Shown: positions 18,210-27,417, counted from the stretch's first letter. The stretch is DNA of 34,732 bases from a bacterium (GCA_043800755.1 JAZDMQ010000132.1:1-34732), one strand, 5' to 3'. Notes: generated by a model not told the origin, from the letters alone. Made by a program: numbers and translations.

Positions 18210-18713
18210 CTCCTCTTCACGGGCGACGTCCTCTGGCAACGAATTGCCTGAACGCAGCCTCTCACGTCGCGCACGTTCCGCCCGGATGCCCCTGTTCAGA
18301 TAGTAGACAAGGCTATCCGCGTCCCCGACCCCCGTAACAACGAACTCGTACATGGTGGTCGAGTTCCAGAAGTGTAGTTCGAGCTTGTTCAGCAGGGTGC
18401 GGAAAGCGAGTAGTGCGGCGTCGACATGGGCCGACTGATGCCGGGAAGCGGATCAGCTCCGGTGGCAAGCGCCAGTGCCAGATCGCGATGAGCAAGACGC
18501 CGGTTTCGCCATTCACGCGCTACGGCACAAGCGCCAAGCTACGAGCGTGTCGATGTCGATGCGGAGCGCCGGATCCGATGTCAACTCCGGTAGCCGCCGC
18601 AGGCTGAGGTTGTCCTTGCCCACGGACTTGGGCGGGTCCGTCAACCTTGCCAAGTGGAGAACGATGTCCTCCAACAGTGCGTCCTGAAGGACACCGAAGA
18701 AGAAGCCTGCCGC

Positions 18714-19802
18714 CTAGTGTCCTGAACCATTAATTCGTTTACAAAATCTGGCTACCGTCGCAAGGATTTGGTCTGCGGTCTTGGTCCATTTGAATGGTTT
18801 GGGCTGCTCGTTGGTGATTTCGAGGTATCGTTCGATAGCCAATTCTAACTCTCGGGTACTCCGGTGCACCCCCCGGCGAAGCTGCTTCTCGGTAAGGGCT
18901 GCAAACCAGCGCTCCACCAAGTTCATCCAGGAGGCCCCCGTGGGGGTAAAGTGCAGATGATACCGAGGCCGCTTGGCCAACCAGCGCTGAATCAGAGGTG
19001 TCTTGTGCGTCCCATAATTGTCCAGGATCAGATGGAGGTCCAGATCGGGGGGAACGGCCTCCTCGATGGTATCCAAAAACGTCCGAAATTCAATCGCCCG
19101 ATGCCGCCGGTGACATTCCCCGATCACCTGACCCGCCTTCACATCCAGGGCCGCAAAGAGCGAGGTCGTTCCATGGCGGGTATAATCGTGGGTACGCCGT
19201 TCAATCTGCCCCGGACGCATGGGCAAAAGGGGCTGGCTTCGATCCAACGCTTGAATCTGCGACTTCTCGTCCACGCACAAGACCAAGGCTCGCTCCGGTG
19301 GGTCCAAGTACAACCCCACAATATCCCGTACTTTCTCGATGAAGAGCGGATCTTTCGACAGCTTGAAAGTTTCGGTCCGATGAGGCTGCAGGGCGAAGGC
19401 TCTCCAGATCCGACTCACGGCACTCTGGGTCAGCCCAGATGCCCGCGCCATGGAACGGGTGCTCCAGTGCGTGGCCTCTTTGGGTGTCGACTCCAGGGTC
19501 TGGGTGATCACCCGCTCCACATCCGCATCGGTGATCTGCCGGGGAGCTCCGGGGCGAGGCTCATCCAGGAGTCCATCCAAACGCCGCTCGACAAATCGCG
19601 CCCGCCATTTCCCCACGGTGGGCCGAGTGAGGTGGAAGGCGGCAGCCACCTCTCCATTCTTTTTGCCAGCCGCACAGGTCAGAATCAGCCGCGCTCGCAG
19701 GGCCAAGGCCTGGGCGGTGTTTCGTCTTCGAGACCATCGTTCCAGGGTTTCTCGTTCCTCTTGACTCAGGTGGAGGGGAGGGAGGGGACGTCCTATGGCC
19801 AT
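18714..19802 (-). CDS. IS630-family transposase
   Basis: HTH region, [45 protein letters not shown] at 19802 after AGGAGG. Confidence 0.95.
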   Translation of the reverse strand: MAIGRPLPPLHLSQEERETLERWSRRRNTAQALALRARLILTCAAGKKNGEVAAAFHLTRPTVGKWRARFVERRLDGLLDEPRPGAPRQITDADVERVITQTLESTPKEATHWSTRSMARASGLTQSAVSRIWRAFALQPHRTETFKLSKDPLFIEKVRDIVGLYLDPPERALVLCVDEKSQIQALDRSQPLLPMRPGQIERRTHDYTRHGTTSLFAALDVKAGQVIGECHRRHRAIEFRTFLDTIEEAVPPDLDLHLILDNYGTHKTPLIQRWLAKRPRYHLHFTPTGASWMNLVERWFAALTEKQLRRGVHRSTRELELAIERYLEITNEQPKPFKWTKTADQILATVARFCKRINGSGH

Positions 19803-19876
19803 GGTCATCCTCCTTTCTCCACCTCTTATATCGGAGCAGAGATACTTTGTCAACGAACTTATAACTCAGGACACTA
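18715..19876 (-). mobile_element. IS630-family insertion sequence (coordinates include the duplicated TA)
   Basis: Imperfect terminal IRs TAGTGTCCTGAACCATTAATTCGTTTACAAA / TAGTGTCCTGAGTTATAAGTTCGTTGACAAA, with CTAG at both junctions. Confidence 0.93.
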
Positions 19877-20078
19877 GTTGAGCAGCTCGATTCGCTCAGC
19901 CGACTTAGCAAACAGCTGCTGGTACAAGGTCCATCGCGCATGGAGCGACGTGACGTCGTTGTAGAGGGCGTTGTACACGGCCCCCAAGTCCGGCCCCATG
20001 TCACGGATGTGCTGCTCCCGCACCTGAGCGCTCGTCTTGTTCTCCGCCATGCGGCCCCCCTCTGCTTGGCGTTGGTAG

Positions 20079-20171
20079 GTCTAACGGCGGAGCTAAGCGG
20101 CGGCACGAGCCTGCGGGCCGCGTAGCGGCCAAAGCAGGCGAAGTGACGACCGCTTGAGCGATTTGTTGACG
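20079..20171 (-). mobile_element. Integron attC site
   Basis: Minus strand CGTCAAC AAATC GCTCAAGC GG...CC GCTTAGC TCCGCC GTTAGAC (93 bp) with a self-complementary interior. Confidence 0.85.
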
Positions 20172-20242
20172 CCGCGCGAATCAGCGCGCGAGGCAGTTTT
20201 ATTATATAATATTTCAATCATCACCGGACTTTCTGATCAGAG

Positions 20243-20288
20243 CGCCAACAAAGAGCGAAAAAGCGGTAGCTGAGCTCCGCCGTTGCCG
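20243..20288 (+). mobile_element. Short, apparently inverted attC-like site
   Basis: Plus strand CGCCAAC AAAGA...GCTGAGC TCCGCC GTTGCCG (46 bp). Its right arm is nearly identical to that of the 20079-20171 attC but in the opposite orientation. Confidence 0.5.
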
Positions 20289-20303
20289 ACGCGCGCAGCG
20301 CGG

Positions 20304-20322
20304 CGGCAACAATGATTATACG
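20304..20322 (-). mobile_element. Probable attI core site
   Basis: Minus strand CGTATAA-TCATT-GTTGCCG (L box, 5-bp spacer, GTT core) in AT-rich DNA between the array and the divergent intI remnant. Confidence 0.55.
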
Positions 20323-20463
20323 GAAGAGGGTTATTCCTGCGATTTATGTTGAACGATACTATATTCTAACCAAAGAACCACATAATTCCTGAAGGATAAT
20401 CTCCTTGACTGCCGTAATTGATTCATATTATACAGAATCCGTATATCATAGGCAGGAACTTGT

Positions 20464-20570
20464 ATGAGAGACAAAATGTTACCTTCACAAACCCTTCCCG
20501 ATTTTCAGCAATATCTGCTTTCACGAAAGCTCGTGCCGGAAAAAGCGTAACCTTCTACGCCTATTGGGCC
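20464..20570 (+). pseudogene. intI: 5' remnant of integron integrase (frameshifted and truncated)
   Basis: MRDKMLPSQTLPDFQQYLLSRKLVPEK / SVTFYAYWA, with a frameshift in the A-run near 20540. Resembles N-termini of long IntI proteins and is divergent from the attC array. Confidence 0.6.
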
Positions 20571-20657
20571 AAAGTCACACCGATCGCAATAGGCTCCTTC
20601 ACCGCCAGACGGTAATTTTGAATCTATATATCGCTCATACAAGAGGCGCAAAGTTCG

Positions 20658-20765
20658 ATGCTCAAGTTTCAGATAGCCTACTTTTCCGAGGGAGGGTTCA
20701 CGGGGCGAGTGGCCGAGGCAGTCGCCGCTGGCCTGTGCCGCGCTGCATGGCAGGTGATCTTTCGC
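20658..20765 (+). pseudogene. Truncated paralogue of the flavodoxin N-terminus of the 22016 gene
   Basis: MLKFQIAYFSEGGFTGRVAEAVAAGLCRAAWQVIFR versus MPKALIIYFSQGGTTARVAEAIGAGLRGAEYQVDLR: 21 of 36 identical by manual count. Confidence 0.75.
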
Positions 20766-20838
20766 ATAGAAGCAAGCCGCCCTCAGTCGTCTTTCAGTTT
20801 TGCAGCCGGTTTTAATCTTTATCCAGGAGGGATGTCTT

Positions 20839-21114
20839 ATGAGTGAGAAAAGACGCTTCAGCCCGGACGAGGCCAAGCGCATCGGGAACAACTTGGGGAT
20901 CAATTGGGACCAGGTTGATCTGGAGGAGTTTCGCAGAGGACTGGAAGTGGAGCTGGAGCACGGTGCCAGAGACCCGGAAACCAATGTGACCAACGATGAT
21001 CTGACCCTCACCGGGAAGATCGCCCTGGCCCACCTCCGGGAGTTCGCGGATTACTATACCAGGCTGGACAAGATGGAGGCAGAAGCCGAGGCATTTTGGG
21101 GGAAACAGGATTAG
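20839..21114 (+). CDS. DUF5661-like small protein
   Basis: EFRRGLEVELEHG...TNVTNDD...GKIALAHLREFADYYTRL; SD AGGAGG. Confidence 0.8.
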   Translation: MSEKRRFSPDEAKRIGNNLGINWDQVDLEEFRRGLEVELEHGARDPETNVTNDDLTLTGKIALAHLREFADYYTRLDKMEAEAEAFWGKQD

Positions 21115-21239
21115 AAGGGACAGTGCCTGGTAGTAAGTCATAAGCCGTCATGGCCCGGCGACGAGGACCGAAGGCCATGCCAAATGTTCCACGCCCAGCC
21201 AGCGCCCCTTCGGACCAGGCTGACTGTGGCCTCTGCAGC

Positions 21240-21977
21240 ATGAGGTCTGTCTTGAGAAAAAAGATCTGGATCCCCACAAGGCTGATTTCTGCCCTCCTCT
21301 TCTGCATCTTGGCCTGGGCCGCAGGACAGATCTGGACTTCAAGTGGAGGAGACCCCAAGGGCAGGCAGGTGCTGGTGACCGCGGTGGTGGATGGCGACAC
21401 CATCCATGTGGGACAGGGTTGGAGGCACACCAGGGTGCGCCTTATTGGCGTGGACACTCCTGAAACCGTGCATCCGAAAAAGCCGATCGAATTCTTTGGC
21501 CCCGAGGCCTCGGAGTTCACCAAAAGTTCCCTCGCCGGAAAATGGGTCCACCTGGAATTTGAGCCTTCGGATCAAATCGATGCCTACGGACGCTTGTTGG
21601 CTTATGTCTTCATGGAGGATGGGACCTTCTTCAACCGGGAGCTGGTGCGCATGGGATATGCCAGGGCCTATACGCGATTCGATTTCCGTTACCGGGAGGA
21701 TTTTCGGCTCGTCCAGGAAGAGGCCCGGCAAGCGAGATTAGGCCTCTGGGTGGCCGCCAGACAGAAAGGACTACCTCCCATTCCCGCAGGAAGGAACATT
21801 GCTGGACAGGAAGGGTCCCCCCCAATATCCGCAGAAGGTAAGATTATTGGAAATGTTCGCTCAAAGATCTACCACCTCCCTGGTCAGCAGCACTATACCA
21901 TCCCCGAAGAAGACAAGGTTTACTTTGCTACGGAGGGGGAAGCCATAAGCGCGGGCTATAGACGGTCGAAGAGGTAG
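21240..21977 (+). CDS. Membrane-anchored/secreted thermonuclease (SNase) with small C-terminal domain
   Basis: VVDGDTI, RVRLIGVDTPE, DAYGRLLAYV, GYAR, GLW; C-terminal IIGNVRSKIYHLPG...AISAGYR. Start codon uncertain. Confidence 0.9.
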   Translation: MRSVLRKKIWIPTRLISALLFCILAWAAGQIWTSSGGDPKGRQVLVTAVVDGDTIHVGQGWRHTRVRLIGVDTPETVHPKKPIEFFGPEASEFTKSSLAGKWVHLEFEPSDQIDAYGRLLAYVFMEDGTFFNRELVRMGYARAYTRFDFRYREDFRLVQEEARQARLGLWVAARQKGLPPIPAGRNIAGQEGSPPISAEGKIIGNVRSKIYHLPGQQHYTIPEEDKVYFATEGEAISAGYRRSKR

Positions 21978-22015
21978 ATTTTGGATATGGGTTCTGCCAG
22001 CACGGAGAGGGTTCC

Positions 22016-22801
22016 ATGCCCAAGGCCCTGATCATTTACTTCTCCCAGGGCGGGACCACGGCGCGGGTGGCCGAGGCGATTGGCGCAGGCCTGCGTGGCG
22101 CCGAATACCAGGTTGATCTTCGCCAGATGAAGGATGGGCGGCTGCCCGAGCCCAGCGACTATGACCTGCTGGGCATCGGATCGCCGGTGTACTACTTCGG
22201 CCTCCCCCTCAATGTGATGGAGTATGTAGAAGGCCTGCCGGACCTCTCTGGAATTCCAACCTTCACCTTCGTGCTCCATGGAACCTACCGGGGCAGCGCG
22301 GGCAACCTCTTGCGGAGGGCCCTGGCGCGCAAGGGGGCCCAGGAGGTCGGTCACTTTCACTGTCGGGGGACCGATCTCTTCTTGGGTTATCTGAAGCAGG
22401 GTTACCTCTTTTCTCCTGATCACCCCACCCCGGAGGAGCTGGCTCAGGCGGAGGTCTTCGGACGCGAGGCGGCAGCTCATTCCCTGGGGAGTCAGTATTT
22501 TGCAGCGGAATACGATCGAAGGCCGCCCGTAGTCTATTATCTGGAGCGGCTTTTTACGGGTCCCTGGCTGGCCAGTAATTTGTACAGCCGGCTTTTTAGG
22601 GCCGATGGCGAGAAATGCACTGCCTGTGGCCTGTGTATGAAGCTCTGTCCTACAAAAAATATCTCCAGGAGCGATGCCGAGCATCCGGTCTGGGGGCGCA
22701 ATTGCCTGTTGTGTCTCACCTGCGAATTGAAGTGTCCCGAGGAGGCCATCACCTCGTGCGCCGCGCGTCCCGGGATCCCTTGTTGGACCATGTGCGGGTA
22801 G
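22016..22801 (+). CDS. Flavodoxin-ferredoxin fusion (EFR1-like)
   Basis: YFSQGGTT, GSPVY, CTACGLCMKLCP and CLLCLTCELKCP. Confidence 0.85.
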   Translation: MPKALIIYFSQGGTTARVAEAIGAGLRGAEYQVDLRQMKDGRLPEPSDYDLLGIGSPVYYFGLPLNVMEYVEGLPDLSGIPTFTFVLHGTYRGSAGNLLRRALARKGAQEVGHFHCRGTDLFLGYLKQGYLFSPDHPTPEELAQAEVFGREAAAHSLGSQYFAAEYDRRPPVVYYLERLFTGPWLASNLYSRLFRADGEKCTACGLCMKLCPTKNISRSDAEHPVWGRNCLLCLTCELKCPEEAITSCAARPGIPCWTMCG

Positions 22802-22933
22802 TTCACCGCCGCGGCCGCACCCAAAGGGTATAACCGGAAGAATTCGAGCGCACAGCCTCTTTCCATATGAGAATCGGGCCGGACCGCAGCGAAGAATATC
22901 CCCTCATAGACAGATAACGGAGGGCGTACCGAG

Positions 22934-24067
22934 ATGGAAGACAAAACCATCCTGATTCTGGGAGGCTACGGCGGGGCCGGCCTCCCTATCGCTCGGCTGC
23001 TCCTCCAGGAAAGCCAGGTCAAGATCATCCTCGCCGGGAGAAACGGCCAGAGGGCGGAGGAGGCCGCCATCCAGCTAAACCGCCAATTCCCCGGGGGCCG
23101 CGTCTCAGGGCGTCAGGTGGATGCCTCGAATGGCAAGAGCCTGACCGTGGCCTTCAGCGGCTTCGATATGGGTTTGGTCTGCTCCCCCACCTCCCAATAT
23201 GCCGAGCCGATCGCTCGGGCAGCCCTCTCTGCCGGGGCCGACTATCTGGACATCTATTATCCCCAGAGGGTCGTTCCGGCGCTGAAGGGCCTGGAGCCCT
23301 CCATCAAAGAGACCGGTCGTTGCTTCATCACCCAGGCAGGATGCCATCCCGGACTCCCGGCCACCCTGGTGAGATATGCCGCGGCCCATTTCTCCCACTT
23401 GCAGAAGGCCAACATCGGGATGCTAATGCATCTTCCCTATATCGGCTCGCCCGATTCGCTCCTGGAGCTGGTGGAGGAAATCAGCGATTACCGAGCTGAA
23501 TTGTTTCAGGAGGGCCAATGGCGCAAGGCCGATTATAAAGACGCCAGAAGGATCGACTTTGGCCCGGGGTTCGGCATCCTCCCCTGTGTCCCGATGATGC
23601 TGGAAGAGATGCGTAATCTACCAGAGCAGCTGCATCTGGAGGAGGCGGGGCTCTACGGTGCGGGCTTCAACTGGTTCGTGGATTGGCTGGTGATCCCCTT
23701 CGGGATCATTCTGGGGAGGATCAGAAAGGGACTGGGGGTTCGTTCTTTGGCCCGCCTGATGACCTGGGGGATCAAGGCCTTTTCCCAACCGCCCTTTGGG
23801 ATTGCTTTCAAGCTGGAGGCGGAGGGCGAGAAAGAGGGCAAACCACGCTCTTTGGGGATGTTGCTCCGACACCAGGACGGCTATCAAATGACCGCCATCC
23901 CGGTGGTGGCCTGCCTGCTTCAATATCTGGAGGGATCGATCGCCCGGCCCGGCCTCTGGCTGATGGGGCAGGCAGTGGACCCAGTCCGCCTGGTCGAAGA
24001 TATGGAGCGAATGGGCGTTGAGGTGCATGTCTCGATGACCGCCCCCGGGGTCCCGGCTGATTCTTGA
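22934..24067 (+). CDS. Saccharopine dehydrogenase-like NAD(P)-binding protein
   Basis: ILGGYGGAG, LAGRN, GADYLD, AGCHPGLP. Confidence 0.85.
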   Translation: MEDKTILILGGYGGAGLPIARLLLQESQVKIILAGRNGQRAEEAAIQLNRQFPGGRVSGRQVDASNGKSLTVAFSGFDMGLVCSPTSQYAEPIARAALSAGADYLDIYYPQRVVPALKGLEPSIKETGRCFITQAGCHPGLPATLVRYAAAHFSHLQKANIGMLMHLPYIGSPDSLLELVEEISDYRAELFQEGQWRKADYKDARRIDFGPGFGILPCVPMMLEEMRNLPEQLHLEEAGLYGAGFNWFVDWLVIPFGIILGRIRKGLGVRSLARLMTWGIKAFSQPPFGIAFKLEAEGEKEGKPRSLGMLLRHQDGYQMTAIPVVACLLQYLEGSIARPGLWLMGQAVDPVRLVEDMERMGVEVHVSMTAPGVPADS

Positions 24068-24092
24068 CAGTCATGGGGCCTTATGTTATAAA
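24064..24092 (+). promoter_or_regulatory. Sigma70-type promoter
   Basis: TTGACA-N17-TATAAA with extended TG. Confidence 0.6.
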
Positions 24093-24144
24093 ATATCTCT
24101 GGTCTGCGGCTATTCCCGAAACTCCCGTTCAGAGAGGAGGAGGC

Positions 24145-25350
24145 ATGAAAGAGGATAGACGGAGGAGGGTGGGAGAATATTCTGTCCCCTGGATCTTTGT
24201 GCTGTTCTTCCTGCTGGGCCTGCCCTGGGGAGCCGCGGGTTTTGAGATGGCTGGTCCCCGCAGCATGGGCATGGGCGGGGCATTTGTGGCGGTCGCTGAC
24301 GATGCCACCGCCGTCTACTGGAATCCGGCCGCCATCACCCAGATCAAAGGAGTGGACATCAGCCCCTTTGTCGGGGCCAAGGCGACCGACCGGGTCTATA
24401 ACATCATAGAGGATTTGGAGGACTGGGAGGACGACCACCATGCGCCCTACACCCTCTCCGAGATGAAGGATCTGAAGGACATCCTGGAGCGATTCAACAA
24501 GGATGAGGTGGGGGTCTTTGGGGGTGCCCATGCGGGATTCGCCCTGGCCTCCAAATGGTTTGCCCTCAGTTCCGTGGCCTTGGCCCAGGCCAATCTGGAC
24601 CCCCATGCCGACACTGAGCTGAGCCATCTGGGCCCCACGGAATCGGATCGGGCCAACAATTCCTCCCGGGTCGATGTGAACAGCCTGGTGACGAACAACA
24701 TCGCCCTGACCCTGGCCAGCACCCTGGGGATCCCCAATATCGCCGTGGGGGTGAATGCGAAGTATATCCAGGCCTATCGCTACGTCGATCGCTACTATGT
24801 CTTCGATCAGGACACCGGAGAATACCAGGATGAGATCGATTACAAGAAGCACTTCAACGATAACAAGGTGGATGGATGGGCATGGGGGGTGGACGCCGGG
24901 GTTTTGATCACCCTGGGAGATTGGGTGAAGATCGGAGCCCTGGGCCGGAACATCAACGAGCCCGAGATCAACTGGGAAAAGCACCAGCCCAAGACCAAGC
25001 TCCGCGGACAATATCGCGCAGGGGTGGCGCTGACCCCTTTCAAGGATCTCACCCTTTCCGTGGACGGGGACATCACCAAGCAGGGCCGGGAACTCGTGAA
25101 GTCCCGCTCTGGAAATAAATTCGAGTTCGACGCCTCGCGGGAGATCTCGGCTGGATTGGAATGGTGGCTCCTGGGCCGCCACCTGGCCCTGCGGGGTGGA
25201 GTCAATAATATCACCGAGAGTGGCGAGGCTGACCGCTATTACACCGCGGGCCTCGGGATCCGTATCCCCTTCGTGGGGCTCGATCTCGCAGGCGGATACG
25301 GAGGGGACCACCGTTACGCCGTGTCTGCCGCCTTGAATGTCCGCTTTTGA
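24145..25350 (+). CDS. Outer-membrane beta-barrel (TraF_2/FadL/PorV-like)
   Basis: Signal peptide, GPRSMGMGGAFVAVADDATAVYWNPAA, alternating beta-strands and C-terminal Phe. Confidence 0.8.
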   Translation: MKEDRRRRVGEYSVPWIFVLFFLLGLPWGAAGFEMAGPRSMGMGGAFVAVADDATAVYWNPAAITQIKGVDISPFVGAKATDRVYNIIEDLEDWEDDHHAPYTLSEMKDLKDILERFNKDEVGVFGGAHAGFALASKWFALSSVALAQANLDPHADTELSHLGPTESDRANNSSRVDVNSLVTNNIALTLASTLGIPNIAVGVNAKYIQAYRYVDRYYVFDQDTGEYQDEIDYKKHFNDNKVDGWAWGVDAGVLITLGDWVKIGALGRNINEPEINWEKHQPKTKLRGQYRAGVALTPFKDLTLSVDGDITKQGRELVKSRSGNKFEFDASREISAGLEWWLLGRHLALRGGVNNITESGEADRYYTAGLGIRIPFVGLDLAGGYGGDHRYAVSAALNVRF

Positions 25351-25368
25351 GAGAGCAGGAGAAACCAC

Positions 25369-26022
25369 ATGAAATTCTTCATCGATACTGCCAATGTGAA
25401 GGCCATCAAAGAGATGGCGGATTTGGGCGTCCTGGATGGGGTGACCACCAATCCCACCCTGGTGGCCAAGGAGGGCCGCGACTTTCTGGAGGTCCTCCGT
25501 GAGATCTGCGAAATCGTGGATGGGCCCATCAGCGCAGAGGTGATCAGCCTGGAGGCGGAGGGGATGGTGAGGGAGGCCAGGGAGCTGGCCAAGATCCACA
25601 AGAACATTGTGATCAAGATCCCCATGACCAGGGAGGGCCTGAAGGCCACCAAGGCCTTGAGCCGCGAGGGGATCAAGACCAATGTTACCCTCATCTTCTC
25701 GTCCAACCAGGCCTTGCTGGCCGCCAAGGCCGGGGCGACCTATGTCAGCCCCTTCGTGGGCCGGCTGGATGATATCGGCCAGGTGGGAATGGATGTGGTC
25801 CGGGAGATCGTCACCATCTATGAAAATTATGGATATTCCACCCAGGTGATCGTAGCCAGCATCCGCCATCCGCTTCATGTCATCGAAGCGGCAATGGCCG
25901 GAGCCCATGTAGCCACTATCCCTCCGGCGGTCATCGAACAGCTCATCAAGCATCCGCTTACGGATATTGGGATCCAGAGGTTTTTGGCGGATTGGGAGAA
26001 GGTCCCCCGGAAGCCCTTTTAA
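25369..26022 (+). CDS. fsa: Transaldolase / fructose-6-phosphate aldolase (TalC type)
   Basis: [36 protein letters not shown]. Confidence 0.93.
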   Translation: MKFFIDTANVKAIKEMADLGVLDGVTTNPTLVAKEGRDFLEVLREICEIVDGPISAEVISLEAEGMVREARELAKIHKNIVIKIPMTREGLKATKALSREGIKTNVTLIFSSNQALLAAKAGATYVSPFVGRLDDIGQVGMDVVREIVTIYENYGYSTQVIVASIRHPLHVIEAAMAGAHVATIPPAVIEQLIKHPLTDIGIQRFLADWEKVPRKPF

Positions 26023-26048
26023 TAGATTTGCTCAGGAGGTGAAGTGCC

Positions 26049-26267
26049 TTGCCCGTCTTTGAGTACACCTGCAAGTCCTGCGGGGCCGATTTCGAAAGAT
26101 TGGTGAGGGGCAGCAACCCTGCGATCGACTGCCCTGCTTGTGGCTCGAAAAAAGTGGAAAAGAGGTTCTCGGTCTTCGGATGTAAGGCCGGAGATCGTTT
26201 CGTCAGCTCTGCTTCCTCGAATGGTTGTTCCGGCTGTTCCCGGGGTAGTTGCCAGGGCTGTTCCTGA
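26049..26267 (+). CDS. FmdB-family zinc-ribbon protein
   Basis: MPVFEYTCKSCG...CPACGS...KRFS and a Cys-rich tail. Confidence 0.88.
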   Translation: MPVFEYTCKSCGADFERLVRGSNPAIDCPACGSKKVEKRFSVFGCKAGDRFVSSASSNGCSGCSRGSCQGCS

Positions 26268-26439
26268 TGGGAATGGGCTGGCTTGGCTCCCCGCTCTGCC
26301 ATGTCCGCGGTGAGCCCTTAAGGCCTGATCCCTTCCCCTCGATCCATGTACAAATGCCCGCGCCCCTTCGCGGGTTTCCCTTTTCAACCTCCAAAATTGA
26401 TCCTGTCCTTTTTCCACTCTCTTGACACGGTGGATGAAC

Positions 26440-27417
26440 ATGGGAAAGCCAAAGATATTTGTATCGCGAATGATCCCGCAGCCGGCCCTTGACCTCCTTG
26501 ACCGTCACGCGGCGGTGGAAGTCAATGCCGGGGATAAGCCGCTGAGCAAGGCAGAGCTGATCTCGAACCTCCAAGGCACGGAGGGCCTGGTGTGCCTCTT
26601 GACCGATGTGATCGATGATGAGGTGCTGGCCTCTGCTCCGTCCCTGCGGGTGGTCTCGAATGTGGCGGTGGGCTTCGACAATATCGATGTCCAAGGGGCC
26701 ACGCGCCGCAGGATCGCAGTCACCAATACCCCGGGGGTGTTGGATGAGACCACGGCCGATTTCACCTGGGCCCTGTTGATGGCCGCCGCCCGCCGGGTGG
26801 CAGAGGCCGACCGCTATGCGCGCGCTGGGAGGTATCAGGGCTGGGGGATTATGCTCCTGCTCGGGCACGATGTCTATGGCAAGACCCTGGGCATCTGCGG
26901 CATGGGCCGCATCGGGAAGGCGGTAGCGCGCCGGGCCCTGGGCTTTGGAATGAAGATGCTCTACACTGATCTGCAGCGGATCGAGGCCGCGCTGGAGAAA
27001 GAGCTGCAGGTGGAGTTCTCGGACAGAGAGGGCCTTCTGCGAGAGTCGGATTTCGTGACCCTCCATCTGCCCCTACTCCCGGAGACCGTTCATTACATCT
27101 CGCGCCGGGAGCTCTCCCTGATGAAAAAGACCAGCCACCTGATCAACGCCTCCCGAGGCCCGATCGTGGACGAAGAGGCCTTGGTGGAGGCTCTCAGGAC
27201 TGAGCAGATCGCCGGTGCTGCCCTGGATGTCTTTGAGCATGAGCCGAAGATCCATCCCGGGCTGCTCCACTTGGATAATGTGGTGCTGGCTCCCCATATC
27301 GCCAGCGCCTCGATCGAGACACGCACCCTCATGGCCACCATGGCCGCGGAGAATATGATTTCCGCCCTGGAGGGAAGGATCCCTCCTCATATTGTGAACC
27401 GTGAGGTCTACGGGTAA
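26440..27417 (+). CDS. D-glycerate dehydrogenase / glyoxylate-hydroxypyruvate reductase
   Basis: NVAVGFDNID, TNTPGVL, GMGRIG, INASRG, LDVFEHEP, PHIAS. Confidence 0.92.
   Translation: MGKPKIFVSRMIPQPALDLLDRHAAVEVNAGDKPLSKAELISNLQGTEGLVCLLTDVIDDEVLASAPSLRVVSNVAVGFDNIDVQGATRRRIAVTNTPGVLDETTADFTWALLMAAARRVAEADRYARAGRYQGWGIMLLLGHDVYGKTLGICGMGRIGKAVARRALGFGMKMLYTDLQRIEAALEKELQVEFSDREGLLRESDFVTLHLPLLPETVHYISRRELSLMKKTSHLINASRGPIVDEEALVEALRTEQIAGAALDVFEHEPKIHPGLLHLDNVVLAPHIASASIETRTLMATMAAENMISALEGRIPPHIVNREVYG

Larger units (their letters stand above)
18204..20050 (-). pseudogene. HEPN (AbiU2-like) protein cassette gene, split by IS630, with a nonsense codon and frameshifts
   Basis: Manual translation: MAENKTSAQVREQHIRDMGPDLGAVYNALYNDV...ERIELLN*[IS]AAGFFFGVLQDALLEDIVLHLARLTDPPKSVGKDNLSL.../...REWRNRRLAHRDL (RxxxxH preceded by RN).../...REEEV*. 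Confidence 0.75.

Noticed and set aside
19561..20217. 218-aa minus-strand ORF crossing the attC and the IS end
   Set aside because: It spans unrelated elements; the real cassette gene is in another frame starting at 20050.
23920..25953. 677-aa minus-strand ORF, and similar long antisense ORFs at 1032-2288, 1906-3219, 28077-29657 and 18864-19877
   Set aside because: They are shadows of well-supported opposite-strand genes in GC-rich DNA and carry no recognisable motifs.
26262..26320. Sec readthrough of the FmdB TGA after a Cys-rich tail
   Set aside because: The tail is a normal family C-terminus, the extension is short and not protein-like, and no clear SECIS is present.
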